Positions 37,232 to 49,657 of a DNA stretch of 64,000 nucleotides are shown here, one piece after another; position 1 is the first letter of the stretch; each line of letters starts with the position of its first letter. Position numbers and translations under genes: made by a program. Under the pieces are notes generated by a model. That model was not told the DNA's origin and made no database searches. It saw nothing but the letters and a program-made list of their open reading frames with translations. Origin of the DNA: an uncultured Oligoflexus sp. Its GTDB lineage: Bacteria > Bdellovibrionota_B > Oligoflexia > Oligoflexales > Oligoflexaceae. The stretch covers positions 1 to 64,000 of the forward strand of contig CAXSGP010000007.1 of NCBI GenBank assembly GCA_964236955.1, given 5' to 3'.

Positions 37232-39220
37232 ATGCGCAAAGAATTAGCTTACCTCGCATTAGGCCTTACCCCTCTGCTGCTTATCACCTTAGCTCAAGGC
37301 CCTCTCCTCCGCTACCAGACATCGTTTGGGACTGCGAAGCAGCAATATCTCGGTAGTCTTCAGGAAAGTCGGCGTGAACTTGCCAATCTCGGCCATACAT
37401 TGAGAACTCTTCCGGCATTGACCACCGACTTAGGAACCCTAGCGAGCGCGGGTCGTACCTTGAGTGGTTTTATTGTTCCTGGCAAGATCGATCACATCGC
37501 AATTTATGATCAGGATTGCCAACTCGTGGCAAACTCCGACGAAGGCATGCCACTGAGCAACATCTGCCCTGTGGCTAATCCAAAGAGCATAAACACGCCC
37601 CATTTCCAATGGCGCAACACTCCTCATGCCAAGAGCTATGAGTTGGTGGCGCCCCTTATGGCGACAGGCGAGAAAAGTTATTTTCTCCTGGCGTCGAACT
37701 ACTTGAATGATCAGTGGCTCTTTCATAACCCCGATTTCAAGCAAAGCATGAATCAGCTCGATCTTGTTCTCGGTGAACCCACTGGCAGAAGGATTTTTTA
37801 TAAAGAAGATCCGGCTATTCCCAACAGCGAGCTGGCAACGCTAAGTTCCTCTCATCCCCTTTTGCAGCTCTTTCCGAACCTGGTTCAACCAAAACCCCTG
37901 GACTTCAAAGCGATCACGTTTGCAGCGGTAGCCTTGCTACTCACCTGCATTGGGGCGCTTATGCGGGAGCTGGGTCGGCAAAAGAAGGTGATTCAGGACG
38001 CTATTCAAAAGCTCTACGCTTGGGCTGATGAGCTGGTTCCTGAGGAAAATGCTGCCAAGAGCGGATCCGGCAGAGGCAATGGGGGCAGTGGAAGCGGCAA
38101 TGCGGACAGGCTCTTTCCGCAAATGAGCCTAAGGCGCAAGGGCGAGGTAAATATTCAGCTGCTTCAGGATCGCATGAGTCGCCTCGTGAAGACCAACCTC
38201 GAAGCGGCCGAGCGCACCGAGCATGAAAAACGTCTTTTGCAGCAGCAGATGGTTCGTCTGGAAAGTCGCTTCTTAGAGGCACAGGCCGAGCAGAGTTTTA
38301 TGACCAAGGCCCGTTCCATGCATCAGCAGATGCACATGTGCGCGGAGACATTTATTGCCAAGCTGCAGGATTCGCAAAGCCTTGGCGAGGATCTATCCCA
38401 TCTCACCAGTCATGAAATCGTTCGCCCTGCCCAGCGGCTTATGGAACTCATGCAAAGATGGGAAGCGGAACTGACCCAGGTCACAACCCGAAAATTCGTC
38501 CGCTCCCTAAGCGAACGAGTCGACGAGCAGGGCGTCTCCGAACTCGACGAAAGCCTTGCCTTCCTCATGAGCACGGGGGCTCAATTGCGTAATGCGGCGA
38601 TCAATATTACGCTCCTTAGTCAAAGGCTCCTGGTGGACCTTCAGGAGAATACTTCGATGGCTCAACACTGGTTCCAGATGATGGGACACGACAACAGCAT
38701 CGCCAAGACCCTGCTCGTGCTCCTGCAGGACGCTCAATCCCTCATTGACAGGCAGGATAAATCGATACGATTTGAGAACGCCATAGAGGCGAATACCGAA
38801 CTTGATCATCTTAAGATTCCCATCTCGACTTTAACTTCAACCCTTTTCCATTGCCAGATGGCTCTGGTGGAAAACGCTCTCGATCATAATATCGAGCGGA
38901 TGGGGATCAGCAACCAGCTTCGTCTCCGCGATGGCAAAGTCATCTTACTCTCGTCATTACGCGCTGAAATGGTTGATGAATTAACCATACAGAAGGAATT
39001 CTCTCCAAAGGCCGAGCAGCACCTGTCGATGGCGCTGCAGATGCTTCAGGGATTCCCCGTCCGACTCAGCAAACTCCCCTCTCTTAACGGAGTCCATGCT
39101 TTGGCCTTGATGTGGGATGCTGATGCGGAATTAAAGGACGGTACCCAGAGAGCGACCCCTTCGCGGTATGACAGTTCAGTAGAAAAGATGGGTAATGGCC
39201 CACATGAAATAAGTCTCTAG
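37232..39220 (+). CDS. Membrane sensor-like protein (TM, extracytoplasmic domain, TM, coiled coil, degenerate kinase-like tail)
   Basis: Two TM segments; DHIAIYDQDCQLVA Cache-like motif; long heptad region. Confidence 0.6.
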   Translation: MRKELAYLALGLTPLLLITLAQGPLLRYQTSFGTAKQQYLGSLQESRRELANLGHTLRTLPALTTDLGTLASAGRTLSGFIVPGKIDHIAIYDQDCQLVANSDEGMPLSNICPVANPKSINTPHFQWRNTPHAKSYELVAPLMATGEKSYFLLASNYLNDQWLFHNPDFKQSMNQLDLVLGEPTGRRIFYKEDPAIPNSELATLSSSHPLLQLFPNLVQPKPLDFKAITFAAVALLLTCIGALMRELGRQKKVIQDAIQKLYAWADELVPEENAAKSGSGRGNGGSGSGNADRLFPQMSLRRKGEVNIQLLQDRMSRLVKTNLEAAERTEHEKRLLQQQMVRLESRFLEAQAEQSFMTKARSMHQQMHMCAETFIAKLQDSQSLGEDLSHLTSHEIVRPAQRLMELMQRWEAELTQVTTRKFVRSLSERVDEQGVSELDESLAFLMSTGAQLRNAAINITLLSQRLLVDLQENTSMAQHWFQMMGHDNSIAKTLLVLLQDAQSLIDRQDKSIRFENAIEANTELDHLKIPISTLTSTLFHCQMALVENALDHNIERMGISNQLRLRDGKVILLSSLRAEMVDELTIQKEFSPKAEQHLSMALQMLQGFPVRLSKLPSLNGVHALALMWDADAELKDGTQRATPSRYDSSVEKMGNGPHEISL

Positions 39221-39265
39221 ACCAGTGGAAGCACTGGCTTAAACAGGTTAAAAGCCAAGTCAAGC

Positions 39266-39856
39266 CTAATCCCACTTTCTTGGACTATGCACCAGGTTTA
39301 AAAACTCCTGCCGGGTCTGGGACTGATGAAAGCTCCCTTGCATGGAACTCGTCGTTGTATAGCTTTCTCGCTTTTCAACTCCGCGCATCATCATGCAAAG
39401 ATGGGCTGCTTCGACGACTACACCCACACCCTCGGGTTTGAGTACTTCCTGTATCGTCTGGGCGATTTGATGGGTCATTCGCTCTTGAACCTGCAGGCGT
39501 CTCGCAAAGGCTTCGATCAACCTTGGAATCTTAGACAGCCCCACAACTTTCTTACTCGGGATATATCCGACATGGACGCGCCCATGAAAGGGCAGCAGGT
39601 GATGCTCGCAAAGACTATAAAACGCTACATCTCGCACGATAATCATGTCTTTGTATTCGACGTCAAACAACGCCTTGTTTAGGATTCCCGCAACGTCTTT
39701 ACCGTAGCCAGAGGTGAGAAACTGCATGCTCTTTAGATGCCGATCCGGAGTTTTTAAAAGCCCATCACGGGCCGGGTCTTCCCCAAGGTCCTTGAGAAGC
39801 GCCGCGATATTAGCCTCGTGCTTCTTCCAATCCATATTGTCCAGAGCCATTACCAA
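39266..39856 (-). CDS. folE: GTP cyclohydrolase I
   Basis: [42 protein letters not shown]. Confidence 0.97.
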   Translation of the reverse strand: MVMALDNMDWKKHEANIAALLKDLGEDPARDGLLKTPDRHLKSMQFLTSGYGKDVAGILNKALFDVEYKDMIIVRDVAFYSLCEHHLLPFHGRVHVGYIPSKKVVGLSKIPRLIEAFARRLQVQERMTHQIAQTIQEVLKPEGVGVVVEAAHLCMMMRGVEKRESYTTTSSMQGSFHQSQTRQEFLNLVHSPRKWD

Positions 39857-41182
39857 CTACCCTACTTTGGAGATATTGCTCAAAACATCGTCGAGTTCCA
39901 CTTCCTCCTCACTTTGATCGTAGCTGATATCCATGAGCGGTATATCGCCATCGATACTGTCATGACCACTATCGGCGAGATCCGAAGTGTCTTTCAAAGC
40001 CGGAGCGGGACCGGAAGCCGGCGCAGTCTTGAGCACTTTTACGTTGAATAACGCATCGGGAAAAGTAGGGTCCAGCTCAACTGCTTTTTCGAAGCATTTG
40101 AGGCCTTTATCGTTTTTGCCCCACTTCACAAACCCAATGCCCATATTGTAAAGAATACGGGACACGAGTTTGGGCTTTTTAGCCAACAATTGCAAAGCCT
40201 TTTGATAGAGGGCAAACGCGGCTTCATAACGCTGCGACTTAATAGCCAAAATGGCCGAAGTATTGAAAATCGCACTCAGCTCGCGAGGGTTGGCCACACC
40301 GTTGAGAATCTGCAAGGCTTCGTTGACATCGCCCATCAGGAGCTTACTGGCACTTTTACCAAAGGTTGCCGGTTTGGAAGCGGGTGAGAAGCTGAGAATC
40401 TCCGAGAACGCCGCCTCAGCTTCATCGGCCCTGTCAAGCTTTAGAAAAAGATTGCCCATTTCGAGGAGACGTTCGACATTGTAAGGGCTAAGGAGTTGCG
40501 CACCTTTGAGTGAGGCAATGGCAGTATTGTAATCACCCTGTTTCATCCGGCAGCGCGCATAGAGATGTTTGACGCGGGGTGCTGCCTCCTTATCCTGCAT
40601 AAGGGCACGCAAAAGGTCCTCGGCCATAGTCCAGTGTTCATCATGTATAAAGGCTTCCGCCAGCTCCAGGCCGACCCGTTCATTATCGGGTTGCCTCGCG
40701 TGCAGCTTTTCAAGCATTTCCAGGGCGTTTGCATGATCGCCAGCCTTTCGGCAGGTATCCACCGCCAGGAGCATCTTGCGCATAGGGGCGGTACTTTTAT
40801 GATCTTTGACCAAACCTTTGATCTGGTCTCGAATCGTATCAGTGGTGACTTCTCCTATGGACACATAATTCACATAATATTCCTGGGCCACCTTCACGAT
40901 CGCCTCTTCATCGTGGGCAGCCACGAGAAAGACCAGGTGCGATTCCAGTCGATGCTCTTTTCTATTGGCTTTTAGGACCATTTGGATTTTTTCTGGCGAA
41001 AATTCCCAATCCAGTACAAGCACCCCATATTCGATGGTGCCAAGCTTTTCGAGACATTCTTTTTCCCCCATTACGGGAAAGATATTATCCGCTTTCATGC
41101 CGGTGGCCTTTAAACTCTGACGAACGACGTCGCGAATCTCGGCCCGTTTGGTCAAAATGATAGCGCAGGATGAGTCGTCCAC
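39857..41182 (-). CDS. Atypical receiver domain plus TPR-repeat protein
   Basis: Start moved to GTG 41182 after GGAGG; VLVLDWE receiver-like strand; several TPR-like repeats (LYNMGIGF..WG...GLKCFEKAVELDPTF). Confidence 0.8.
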   Translation of the reverse strand: MDDSSCAIILTKRAEIRDVVRQSLKATGMKADNIFPVMGEKECLEKLGTIEYGVLVLDWEFSPEKIQMVLKANRKEHRLESHLVFLVAAHDEEAIVKVAQEYYVNYVSIGEVTTDTIRDQIKGLVKDHKSTAPMRKMLLAVDTCRKAGDHANALEMLEKLHARQPDNERVGLELAEAFIHDEHWTMAEDLLRALMQDKEAAPRVKHLYARCRMKQGDYNTAIASLKGAQLLSPYNVERLLEMGNLFLKLDRADEAEAAFSEILSFSPASKPATFGKSASKLLMGDVNEALQILNGVANPRELSAIFNTSAILAIKSQRYEAAFALYQKALQLLAKKPKLVSRILYNMGIGFVKWGKNDKGLKCFEKAVELDPTFPDALFNVKVLKTAPASGPAPALKDTSDLADSGHDSIDGDIPLMDISYDQSEEEVELDDVLSNISKVG

Positions 41183-41336
41183 AAAAGCCTCCGAGGAGGT
41201 AATAGGGGATAGGAGTGAGTCGCCCGCCCCATACCGGCAAACGGTCGAAACCGATGAAGACTCCAGGTGACCTAAAGTCAAAGCCACCAGGGCACCAACG
41301 AGCCGAATGGTCAATTATAGCTCGGCTCCAGTCAAT

Positions 41337-42617
41337 TCACCAAGGATTCTCAAGAATAATACGAGCTTTCGTCAAGACTTCCTGCAGCTCCTCATAAGCG
41401 TGGCTCTTGACGGTAATTCCGCTCCCCGCAGCGTATTCCCAGGAATCCCGGGATTGACGAACTGCCGTTCGGATAAGGATGGAACTGTCGATGCAGCCCG
41501 AATAATAGTCTTTATACCAAATATTTCCCATAAAGTAGCCGCGCTCACGCTCCTCGCGATTGTGAATGACACTCATCACCTCCCGCTTTGGAGCGCCCGT
41601 GATGCTTCCTCCGGGGCATAGCGCCCGGCAGACTTCATCAAGCCTTAGCCCTGGCTTCATCTCACCAAGAACTCGGGCCACCAGATGATGGACATTGGGG
41701 AAACTTCGAAGCGAGCCAGGATCGATCACTGCCACACTGCGGGGAACTGAGATGCGTTGCAGGTCGTTTCGCATCAGGTCGACTATCATATGCAATTCCG
41801 CTTTATCCTTAGCGCTGCTTTGGAGCTCATCCATCAAAATTTTATTGGTGGCTGGATCGTTGACCACGGGCCGTGTGCCCTTGATGGGTTCGGCCTCGAT
41901 AAAGCTCTTGCCGCCTTTCGGCTTGATCTGCACAAAGCGCTCCGGGCTCCACGAGACCAGACCGAGATCGGGAAGATCGATAAACGCTGAAAAGGGGCCC
42001 CCGAATTTTTTTAGGCGACGCAGGAGGCGCTGCCGCGAAATTTCCCCCTGGTGCCGCCAATACCTTAGAATGTTGATCTGATAAAAGCGACCGTCGCGGA
42101 TATCTTCCAGTGATTGGGCCACTGCCTCCAAATATTGAGAATCATTCCAGCTGCTCTTCCAATCGACGCTCTGGGGGGGCAAGGGGCTGGAATCAGACTG
42201 GACCAGGGGCCATGCAATCTGATGCCGGGCTTGTCCATGGGTGGGTTCCGAAGTGAGCAGGACTTCACCGCTGGCCTTATTCCAGACCAAGGCCCGCCGA
42301 ATATGAAAAAAACGACAGGGCGCAGTGGCTCGGCCACACCAGGGATTGTACGCATCATAGGTAAGGAGCGCGACCTGACCCAGAGTGATGGGTAAACCCT
42401 GGGCAGCATCCGCCGCTAATTGAGGATTCGCCTCAACTTCACTCAGCATAAAGTCATCGCGGCCTTCCTCGTCAAAGCTCAGGGCCAGTAGGCTGTAGGG
42501 TGATTGGTCGCCGCCTAAAAACAGGAGCGGTTCGTCTGCTCCAACGCGCCCGAGCACCTCCCAAATTGTAAGGCCTTCAAGGTCTGGGCAGCGGTCGATG
42601 CGGAGTTGATGACTCAT
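41337..42617 (-). CDS. pabB: Aminodeoxychorismate synthase component I / anthranilate synthase I family
   Basis: SPERF, PIKGTRP, KD.AELHMIVDLMRNDL, PGGSITGAPK, ILIRT, GSGIT; PIKGT motif and proximity to folE favour pabB. Confidence 0.8.
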   Translation of the reverse strand: MSHQLRIDRCPDLEGLTIWEVLGRVGADEPLLFLGGDQSPYSLLALSFDEEGRDDFMLSEVEANPQLAADAAQGLPITLGQVALLTYDAYNPWCGRATAPCRFFHIRRALVWNKASGEVLLTSEPTHGQARHQIAWPLVQSDSSPLPPQSVDWKSSWNDSQYLEAVAQSLEDIRDGRFYQINILRYWRHQGEISRQRLLRRLKKFGGPFSAFIDLPDLGLVSWSPERFVQIKPKGGKSFIEAEPIKGTRPVVNDPATNKILMDELQSSAKDKAELHMIVDLMRNDLQRISVPRSVAVIDPGSLRSFPNVHHLVARVLGEMKPGLRLDEVCRALCPGGSITGAPKREVMSVIHNREERERGYFMGNIWYKDYYSGCIDSSILIRTAVRQSRDSWEYAAGSGITVKSHAYEELQEVLTKARIILENPW

Positions 42618-42843
42618 CGTTCATCTCCATGAAATAAACTGCTCACGGAGCAGGATTGCTTTTTCTCTCTCTACGAGTATCATGTGATCCAATGAGTCAA
42701 AACGCTGATGCGAAATATCGATAGCCGCGTTTCAAAAGATGGGAACCGGCTCTCTCTCGAGAATCTAGATCATGAGCCAGAGGCCCGGTACCCCTGAGCG
42801 TCGTCTGCAACTTGAGGCATCAACTTAAAATAGGATCCCTTCT

Positions 42844-43710
42844 ATGGCAATCGCAGGATTTCAAAAGGTCGGAGTGATCGGTTCGGGCCAGATGGGGAGC
42901 GGCATCGCCCAGGTTTGTGCCAGTTTTGGCCTCGATGTCATTCTAGTCGATATTCAAGAGGCGCAATTGGAAAAAGCCCAAAAAGGCATCTCGAGCTCCC
43001 TCGAAAAACTTGAAGCAAAAAGCCTGCTCCCAAGCGGAACCACAGCCAAGCAGGCGATGGCCCGGCTCGGTTTCCAAACCAACCTTCAATCCCTTAAAGG
43101 CTTCGATCTGGTCATCGAGGCGGTCAGTGAAAATGAGGCGCTGAAAACCAAAATTTTGCGTGAACTCGACGCGATCACCCCTGCCCATTGTGTGCTCGCC
43201 AGCAATACCAGCTCCATACCAATCACCCGTTTGGCAACCGCAACGGGCCGACCTGACAAGGTCATCGGCATGCACTTTATGAATCCGGTGCCGGTCATGA
43301 AACTGATCGAGGTCATTCCCGGCATGACCACCGATCCCGGGATTTGTGATCGCATCGTTGAGCTGGCCAGGGGCCTCGGTAAAGAGGTGACAAAATCACA
43401 GGATTATCCAGGTTTCGTTGTCAACCGCATCCTGATGCCGATGATCAATGAGGCTTTTGTTGCCCTGATGGAAAACGTCGCATCGGCCGAAGATATTGAC
43501 AAAGGCATGAAACTTGGCACCAATCAGCCTATGGGCCCGCTGACTCTTGCCGACTTTATAGGCCTCGACACCTGCCTGGCTATCATGAAAGTTCTGCATG
43601 ATGGCCTGGGTGATCCGCGCTACCGCCCTTGTCCCCTGCTCGTTAAATATGTAGAGGCCGGTTATCTTGGACGCAAATCAGGCCGCGGTGTTTATCCATA
43701 CAAAGTTTGA
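42844..43710 (+). CDS. hbd: 3-hydroxybutyryl-CoA dehydrogenase
   Basis: [48 protein letters not shown]. Confidence 0.95.
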   Translation: MAIAGFQKVGVIGSGQMGSGIAQVCASFGLDVILVDIQEAQLEKAQKGISSSLEKLEAKSLLPSGTTAKQAMARLGFQTNLQSLKGFDLVIEAVSENEALKTKILRELDAITPAHCVLASNTSSIPITRLATATGRPDKVIGMHFMNPVPVMKLIEVIPGMTTDPGICDRIVELARGLGKEVTKSQDYPGFVVNRILMPMINEAFVALMENVASAEDIDKGMKLGTNQPMGPLTLADFIGLDTCLAIMKVLHDGLGDPRYRPCPLLVKYVEAGYLGRKSGRGVYPYKV

Positions 43711-43727
43711 GAGAAAGGTTTTGAAAC

Positions 43728-44513
43728 ATGGCTTATGAATCCATCACCATAGAGCGTGAAGCCGATATCGCCACGCTGACGATCAATCGCCCCAGCGTAC
43801 TCAATGCACTCAATCAAACGGTGCTAAGAGAAATTACTGAGTATCTGGACGATTCAAGACAGACAGTGGATCTGCGTGCCTTAATTATCAGGGGAGCGGG
43901 TGACAAGGCATTTGTCGCAGGAGCTGACATCGCGTCTATGGCTGATCTTACGCCGGTTGAGGCCATGAAATTTGCACGCCTTGGACAGGATCTTACCACC
44001 AGGCTTGAGGATCAGCCGTTTCTGACGATCGCCCGTGTTCAGGGTTATGCCCTGGGCGGCGGCTGTGAATTGGCGATGGCTTGCGACATCATCGTAGCCA
44101 GTGAGGATGCTGTCTTTGGGCAGCCTGAAGTTGATTTAGGATTGATTCCCGGCTTTGGTGGAACCCAGCGACTCGCCCGTCGGGTTGGACTAGCCCTGGC
44201 AATGGAAATGCTTTGCGCCGGCCGCAAAATTAATGGTAAAGAAGCTCTTCAGCATGGACTTGCATCGACCGTGGTGGAAGCTTCACAATTGGATGTGGCA
44301 ATTGCAAAGATAATTAAAAATATTCTCAGAGCCGCCCCATTAGCCATCGCCCATACAAAAAAATTAGCCCGCACCTCGCTTGAGCAATCATTGGCATCCG
44401 GCCTAAGTGCTGAGGCAGAAGCATTTGCTAGGTGTTTTGCCCAGCATGAAGCACGTGAAGGCATACAGGCGTTCCTTGAAAAGCGTAAAGCGGATTTCAA
44501 AAATAATTCATAA
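43728..44513 (+). CDS. crt: Enoyl-CoA hydratase (crotonase)
   Basis: AFVAGADI, ALGGGCELAMACD, GQPEV.LG.IPGFGGTQRL. Confidence 0.92.
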   Translation: MAYESITIEREADIATLTINRPSVLNALNQTVLREITEYLDDSRQTVDLRALIIRGAGDKAFVAGADIASMADLTPVEAMKFARLGQDLTTRLEDQPFLTIARVQGYALGGGCELAMACDIIVASEDAVFGQPEVDLGLIPGFGGTQRLARRVGLALAMEMLCAGRKINGKEALQHGLASTVVEASQLDVAIAKIIKNILRAAPLAIAHTKKLARTSLEQSLASGLSAEAEAFARCFAQHEAREGIQAFLEKRKADFKNNS

Positions 44514-44643
44514 TTTTGACTAGGTTTTTATTCCCTACGATGGTTTCCGTAGAAATAAATGCTATCATTTCGTATACTCTTCCAATTATGTGGCCACAAT
44601 TCGGGTTCGCTTTGTCACATCTCTACTAACGAGGACGTCGGAT

Positions 44644-45051
44644 ATGAACGAGTTACTAAACAAGGTTCAGAAAGATTTGAGCAAACTGCAAAAGACTATT
44701 GAAGCCGAAGGCGAAATTTTACTCGGTAAGATTATGTCAGCGGCCAATAAGGCAACCTCCAACAAAAATGTTGTGGCAAAGCGCAAAGAATTGGAAAAAC
44801 TGGTCGAATCACAGATCAATAAATTCGAACCAGCTTTTGAAAAGTTCTACAAAGAAGTGAAGACAACGGCCGGCAAGTACGGTGTGAATATCGACAAGAT
44901 CGAAAGCAAAGTTCGCGCGACCGCGAAGAGCAAAGTGAAAACCAAATCAGCAAAAGCTGACTCCAAGGTAAAAAAAACAGCTTCTAAAGCCGGATCCGCT
45001 GTCGGTGGCGCTAAAAAAGCAAAAAAGAAGCAGTCTAAGAAGAAAGTCTAA
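44644..45051 (+). CDS. Small coiled-coil protein with Lys/Ala/Ser-rich basic tail (phasin/histone H1-like)
   Basis: ATG after GAGGA; amphipathic helices, then KSKVKTKSAKADSKVKKTASKAG..KKAKKKQSKKK. Confidence 0.7.
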   Translation: MNELLNKVQKDLSKLQKTIEAEGEILLGKIMSAANKATSNKNVVAKRKELEKLVESQINKFEPAFEKFYKEVKTTAGKYGVNIDKIESKVRATAKSKVKTKSAKADSKVKKTASKAGSAVGGAKKAKKKQSKKKV

Positions 45052-45057
45052 GGTTTC

Positions 45058-46185
45058 ATGAGAACTGCGGACGACCTTCTTAGACCCTTGCAACTCCAAG
45101 GCAATCCGTTTGCCAAAAGTATGCTCGCTTGGTATCGCAGCAACAGTCGCAACTGGCCCTGGCGCAGTAAGTTTGCGGAGCATGGTGATCCTTATGTCAT
45201 ATGGATCAGTGAAATTATGCTTCAGCAGACAACTATCCAGGCCGTGTTGCCCGCCTATATTCGATTTCTCGAAACATTCCCAAACCTCTATCGACTTGCC
45301 CATGGCACCGAAGAGCAAATCCGGCAGGCGTGTCGGGGGCTTGGTTACTATAGGCGTTTTCGCATGATGCACGAGGCTGCAAAAATCCTCGCCGCCCCTA
45401 TGGAAAACGAAGATCAAAAAACTCCCTGGCCAGTCGATTATTTAAGCTGGAAAGAATTGCCTGGTATAGGTGATTACACAGCAGCAGCGATCTCCAGCAT
45501 TGCCTTTGGCTTCCCAAAAGCCGTGGTTGACGGCAACGTCGAAAGGGTGTTCTGTCGGCTTTTCAACCTGCAGATCGCGCCTGATTTGAAGTGGAAAAAA
45601 GTATTCCAAAAAGTTGGGGACGGGTTGATTCCTCACGATGCAGCGAGCGATTTTAATCAGGGTTTGATGGAACTTGGTCAGAGTATCTGCATCAAACAAA
45701 ACCCAAAGTGCAGCATCTGTCCCGTTCATTCCTTTTGCGCGGCCTATGCCGAGGGAACCCAAACATTGGCCCCCGCACCGAAATCAGCCAAGGTTTTTGA
45801 AGAAGTCCGCATTTATCTATATATCCCCACTAAAAGGGGCCGCTTCGGACTACTCGAACGAAAACCCTCGGCCCGGTTTCTCAAAGGGAATTGGAGTTTT
45901 CCAAGCGCGGTTGAAAGGAATGATAAGACTTTAGCCTGGGAAACGGAATCCGTGCCTACGCATTCGGCTCAAGTATTGGGTGCCATCAAACATTCGATTA
46001 CCAAACACAAGATTGAGCTGGTCGTTGCTGAGGTGATCTGTACGGAAGATATCAAAGAAATCCGCTGGGTATCAGCCGAAGAGATGGAAGGACAGCTGGT
46101 TGCCAATCTCGATAGAAAAGCCTGGCTCCTTTACCTAAAAAATAAGCAACGGCCACCGTTGGAAACATTCTTTTCCCGCGCATGA
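45058..46185 (+). CDS. mutY: A/G-specific adenine DNA glycosylase
   Basis: WISEIMLQQT, GLGYY.R, LPGIGDYTA, VDGNVERV, C-X6-C-X2-C-X5-C. Confidence 0.95.
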   Translation: MRTADDLLRPLQLQGNPFAKSMLAWYRSNSRNWPWRSKFAEHGDPYVIWISEIMLQQTTIQAVLPAYIRFLETFPNLYRLAHGTEEQIRQACRGLGYYRRFRMMHEAAKILAAPMENEDQKTPWPVDYLSWKELPGIGDYTAAAISSIAFGFPKAVVDGNVERVFCRLFNLQIAPDLKWKKVFQKVGDGLIPHDAASDFNQGLMELGQSICIKQNPKCSICPVHSFCAAYAEGTQTLAPAPKSAKVFEEVRIYLYIPTKRGRFGLLERKPSARFLKGNWSFPSAVERNDKTLAWETESVPTHSAQVLGAIKHSITKHKIELVVAEVICTEDIKEIRWVSAEEMEGQLVANLDRKAWLLYLKNKQRPPLETFFSRA

Positions 46186-46270
46186 TGGGGTGGCCGAAGA
46201 AAGAGCCAGGGGCAAAGGCCTCCGGCGCGTTCATCGGCCTCGCGTTCCAGGGCCAGCACCCAAGGTCGAA

Positions 46271-47770
46271 TCAAGCCTCGAACATCTCCACCGCCCCGAT
46301 CATGGTTCTTACTCCATAGGCACTGCCCGTCGCCGACGGAAACCCTGTCGCCGCGCAGCCCCAGGCCGTGCCAGCGATATCGAGATGCGCCCACTGACAC
46401 TTGGCGTCTTTGACAAACTCGCGAAGAAAATACCCCCCCATAATGGGGCCTGCTTTAACACTTGGCTTAGGAATATTCTTCAAATCGGCTAGAGTTGACG
46501 TTACTTCCCCTTCCAGCTCAGGCCAAAAAGGAAGCTGCCACATTGGTTCGCCAACCTTTGCCGTGATGTGATTCAAGAAATCTGCGGTCTTTTGCTCCTT
46601 GGCAAGATATCCTGCTCCAGCATGCCCAAGCCCAAAGATCACAGCACCGGTAAGTGTCGCTATATCCAAAAGCAGATCAGGATCATGCTTGTCGATGATG
46701 TAGCTGATCACATCGGCAAGTACCAATCGTCCTTCCGCATCAGTATTTAAAATTTCTATGGTTTTTCCGCTATAGGATTTCACCACATCGCCAGGTCGGG
46801 TCGCATTCGGCCCCAGCATGTTTTCAACCGCACCCAACGCGCAGACCACGGTTACTGGCGGCTTTACCGCATTAAAATAGAGCGCCGAACCAAAGACCGC
46901 GGCAGCACCCGACATGTCGTATTTCATTTCTTCCAGACCCGCCGAGGGCTTAATATTAATACCGCCAGCGTCAAACGTAACGCCTTTACCGACCAGGGCT
47001 ACCGTTTTATTGGGGTTTACACCCTGGATCTTGATCGCGACAAGCTTGGGGTCAATGTTGGTTCCGTGAGCCACGGAGAGAAAAGAACCCATTCCAAGCT
47101 TTTCCATATCCTTTCGACCAAGGATCACCAACTCGGCCTTTGACTTGGCAAACATGTCCTGGGCTATCGTCGCGAACTGCTCGGAAGTCAAAAAATTCGC
47201 AGGAGCCTCCTGCAACCAACGGGTAAACGTTAAGGCCTTCACGAGCTCTAACTTCCGTCTTAACAATTCAGGATCAGCCGACACGAGAGACACTTTTTTC
47301 GGCAATTCCAGTGTGCTGACCGATTTAAAAGCAGCTGCATCGTCAACGGAAAAAAGAAAGCCTTCAAGGACATCGAGCGCTGTCAATTCACTGAATTCAG
47401 GAATATGAAGGTTTTTGACTTTAGCCTTGGCCAGGTGCGCGGCGGCATCCATTCCAAGCTGACGCGACAATTGGGGAAGAGTGGTTTTTATCGGAGTCTG
47501 AGCGACGAGCAGAAATTTTTTGCTGTCGACGACCAGACGAAGGGTTTTATCGGCGGCAGACCATCCATAGGATTTGATCTGGTCCTGGATTTTAGTTTTC
47601 AAAGCGTCATCGAGCAGTGAACTATTGAGCAGGACATCGCCGTCTTGGGCCTTAACACCAACGAGATTCCACGCATCCAAAGACAGCCCTTGTGACTGTT
47701 CAATCTTGAGTGTCTCCAGCCACTGATGGGTCTGAGGAAGGTAGTCTTTCCAGGATTTGTAGTTCAACAT
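46271..47770 (-). CDS. pepA: Leucyl aminopeptidase (M17)
   Basis: VGKGVTFDAGG, MKYDMSGAA, NTDAEGRL, ATLTGA, WAHLDIAG. Confidence 0.95.
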   Translation of the reverse strand: MLNYKSWKDYLPQTHQWLETLKIEQSQGLSLDAWNLVGVKAQDGDVLLNSSLLDDALKTKIQDQIKSYGWSAADKTLRLVVDSKKFLLVAQTPIKTTLPQLSRQLGMDAAAHLAKAKVKNLHIPEFSELTALDVLEGFLFSVDDAAAFKSVSTLELPKKVSLVSADPELLRRKLELVKALTFTRWLQEAPANFLTSEQFATIAQDMFAKSKAELVILGRKDMEKLGMGSFLSVAHGTNIDPKLVAIKIQGVNPNKTVALVGKGVTFDAGGINIKPSAGLEEMKYDMSGAAAVFGSALYFNAVKPPVTVVCALGAVENMLGPNATRPGDVVKSYSGKTIEILNTDAEGRLVLADVISYIIDKHDPDLLLDIATLTGAVIFGLGHAGAGYLAKEQKTADFLNHITAKVGEPMWQLPFWPELEGEVTSTLADLKNIPKPSVKAGPIMGGYFLREFVKDAKCQWAHLDIAGTAWGCAATGFPSATGSAYGVRTMIGAVEMFEA

Positions 47771-48296
47771 GGTCTAATATCCTTTCGTCTAATATCCCAA
47801 ACCGGCGTCAGGCTTAAGATTAAATCTGTAGGCTCCAAACCCAAGCAATAGCATAGTGTGCGAGTGGCTGTCCAATGCCACGCGGCGTGCCCAGCAATGT
47901 CAAGGGCCTCAGGTGAGGACCGGGCCGCAGGTTCCCGCTACTGTCCAAGCCGGACGCCGTTTCCGAGCTCTGAATAATGCCGCAATGGTCTTAGGCAGCT
48001 TCCTTTCTAAGAAATACAGAATAATATTCAGGAGACGTTTTCGCCATAATTTTCGCGGAACGTGCAGGGTGAATCTGACTTGGAATAGGCGCAAGCAAAA
48101 GCTAGAAGACTCATTGCCTTTTTATCATTATAGATCCAAAATAACGACCAACTAGGATCTATCACCGAAGACCAGGGTTTCCCTCACCCGTGAACGATCT
48201 TTCGTCCTGAGGCCAAAGGAACGCCGTCTGGACCCACGAACGTCCGGCAAAGATGGAGACCCTGCTTGCTTGGCGATAGGGATGAAGAAGTGCTAA

Positions 48297-49598
<1,302 letters not shown>

Positions 49599-49657
49599 AA
49601 CGGCTAATCCTTCGCTCTTATTCCGCCGGCTTGAACCGGCTTCCTGAACCAGAAGGC

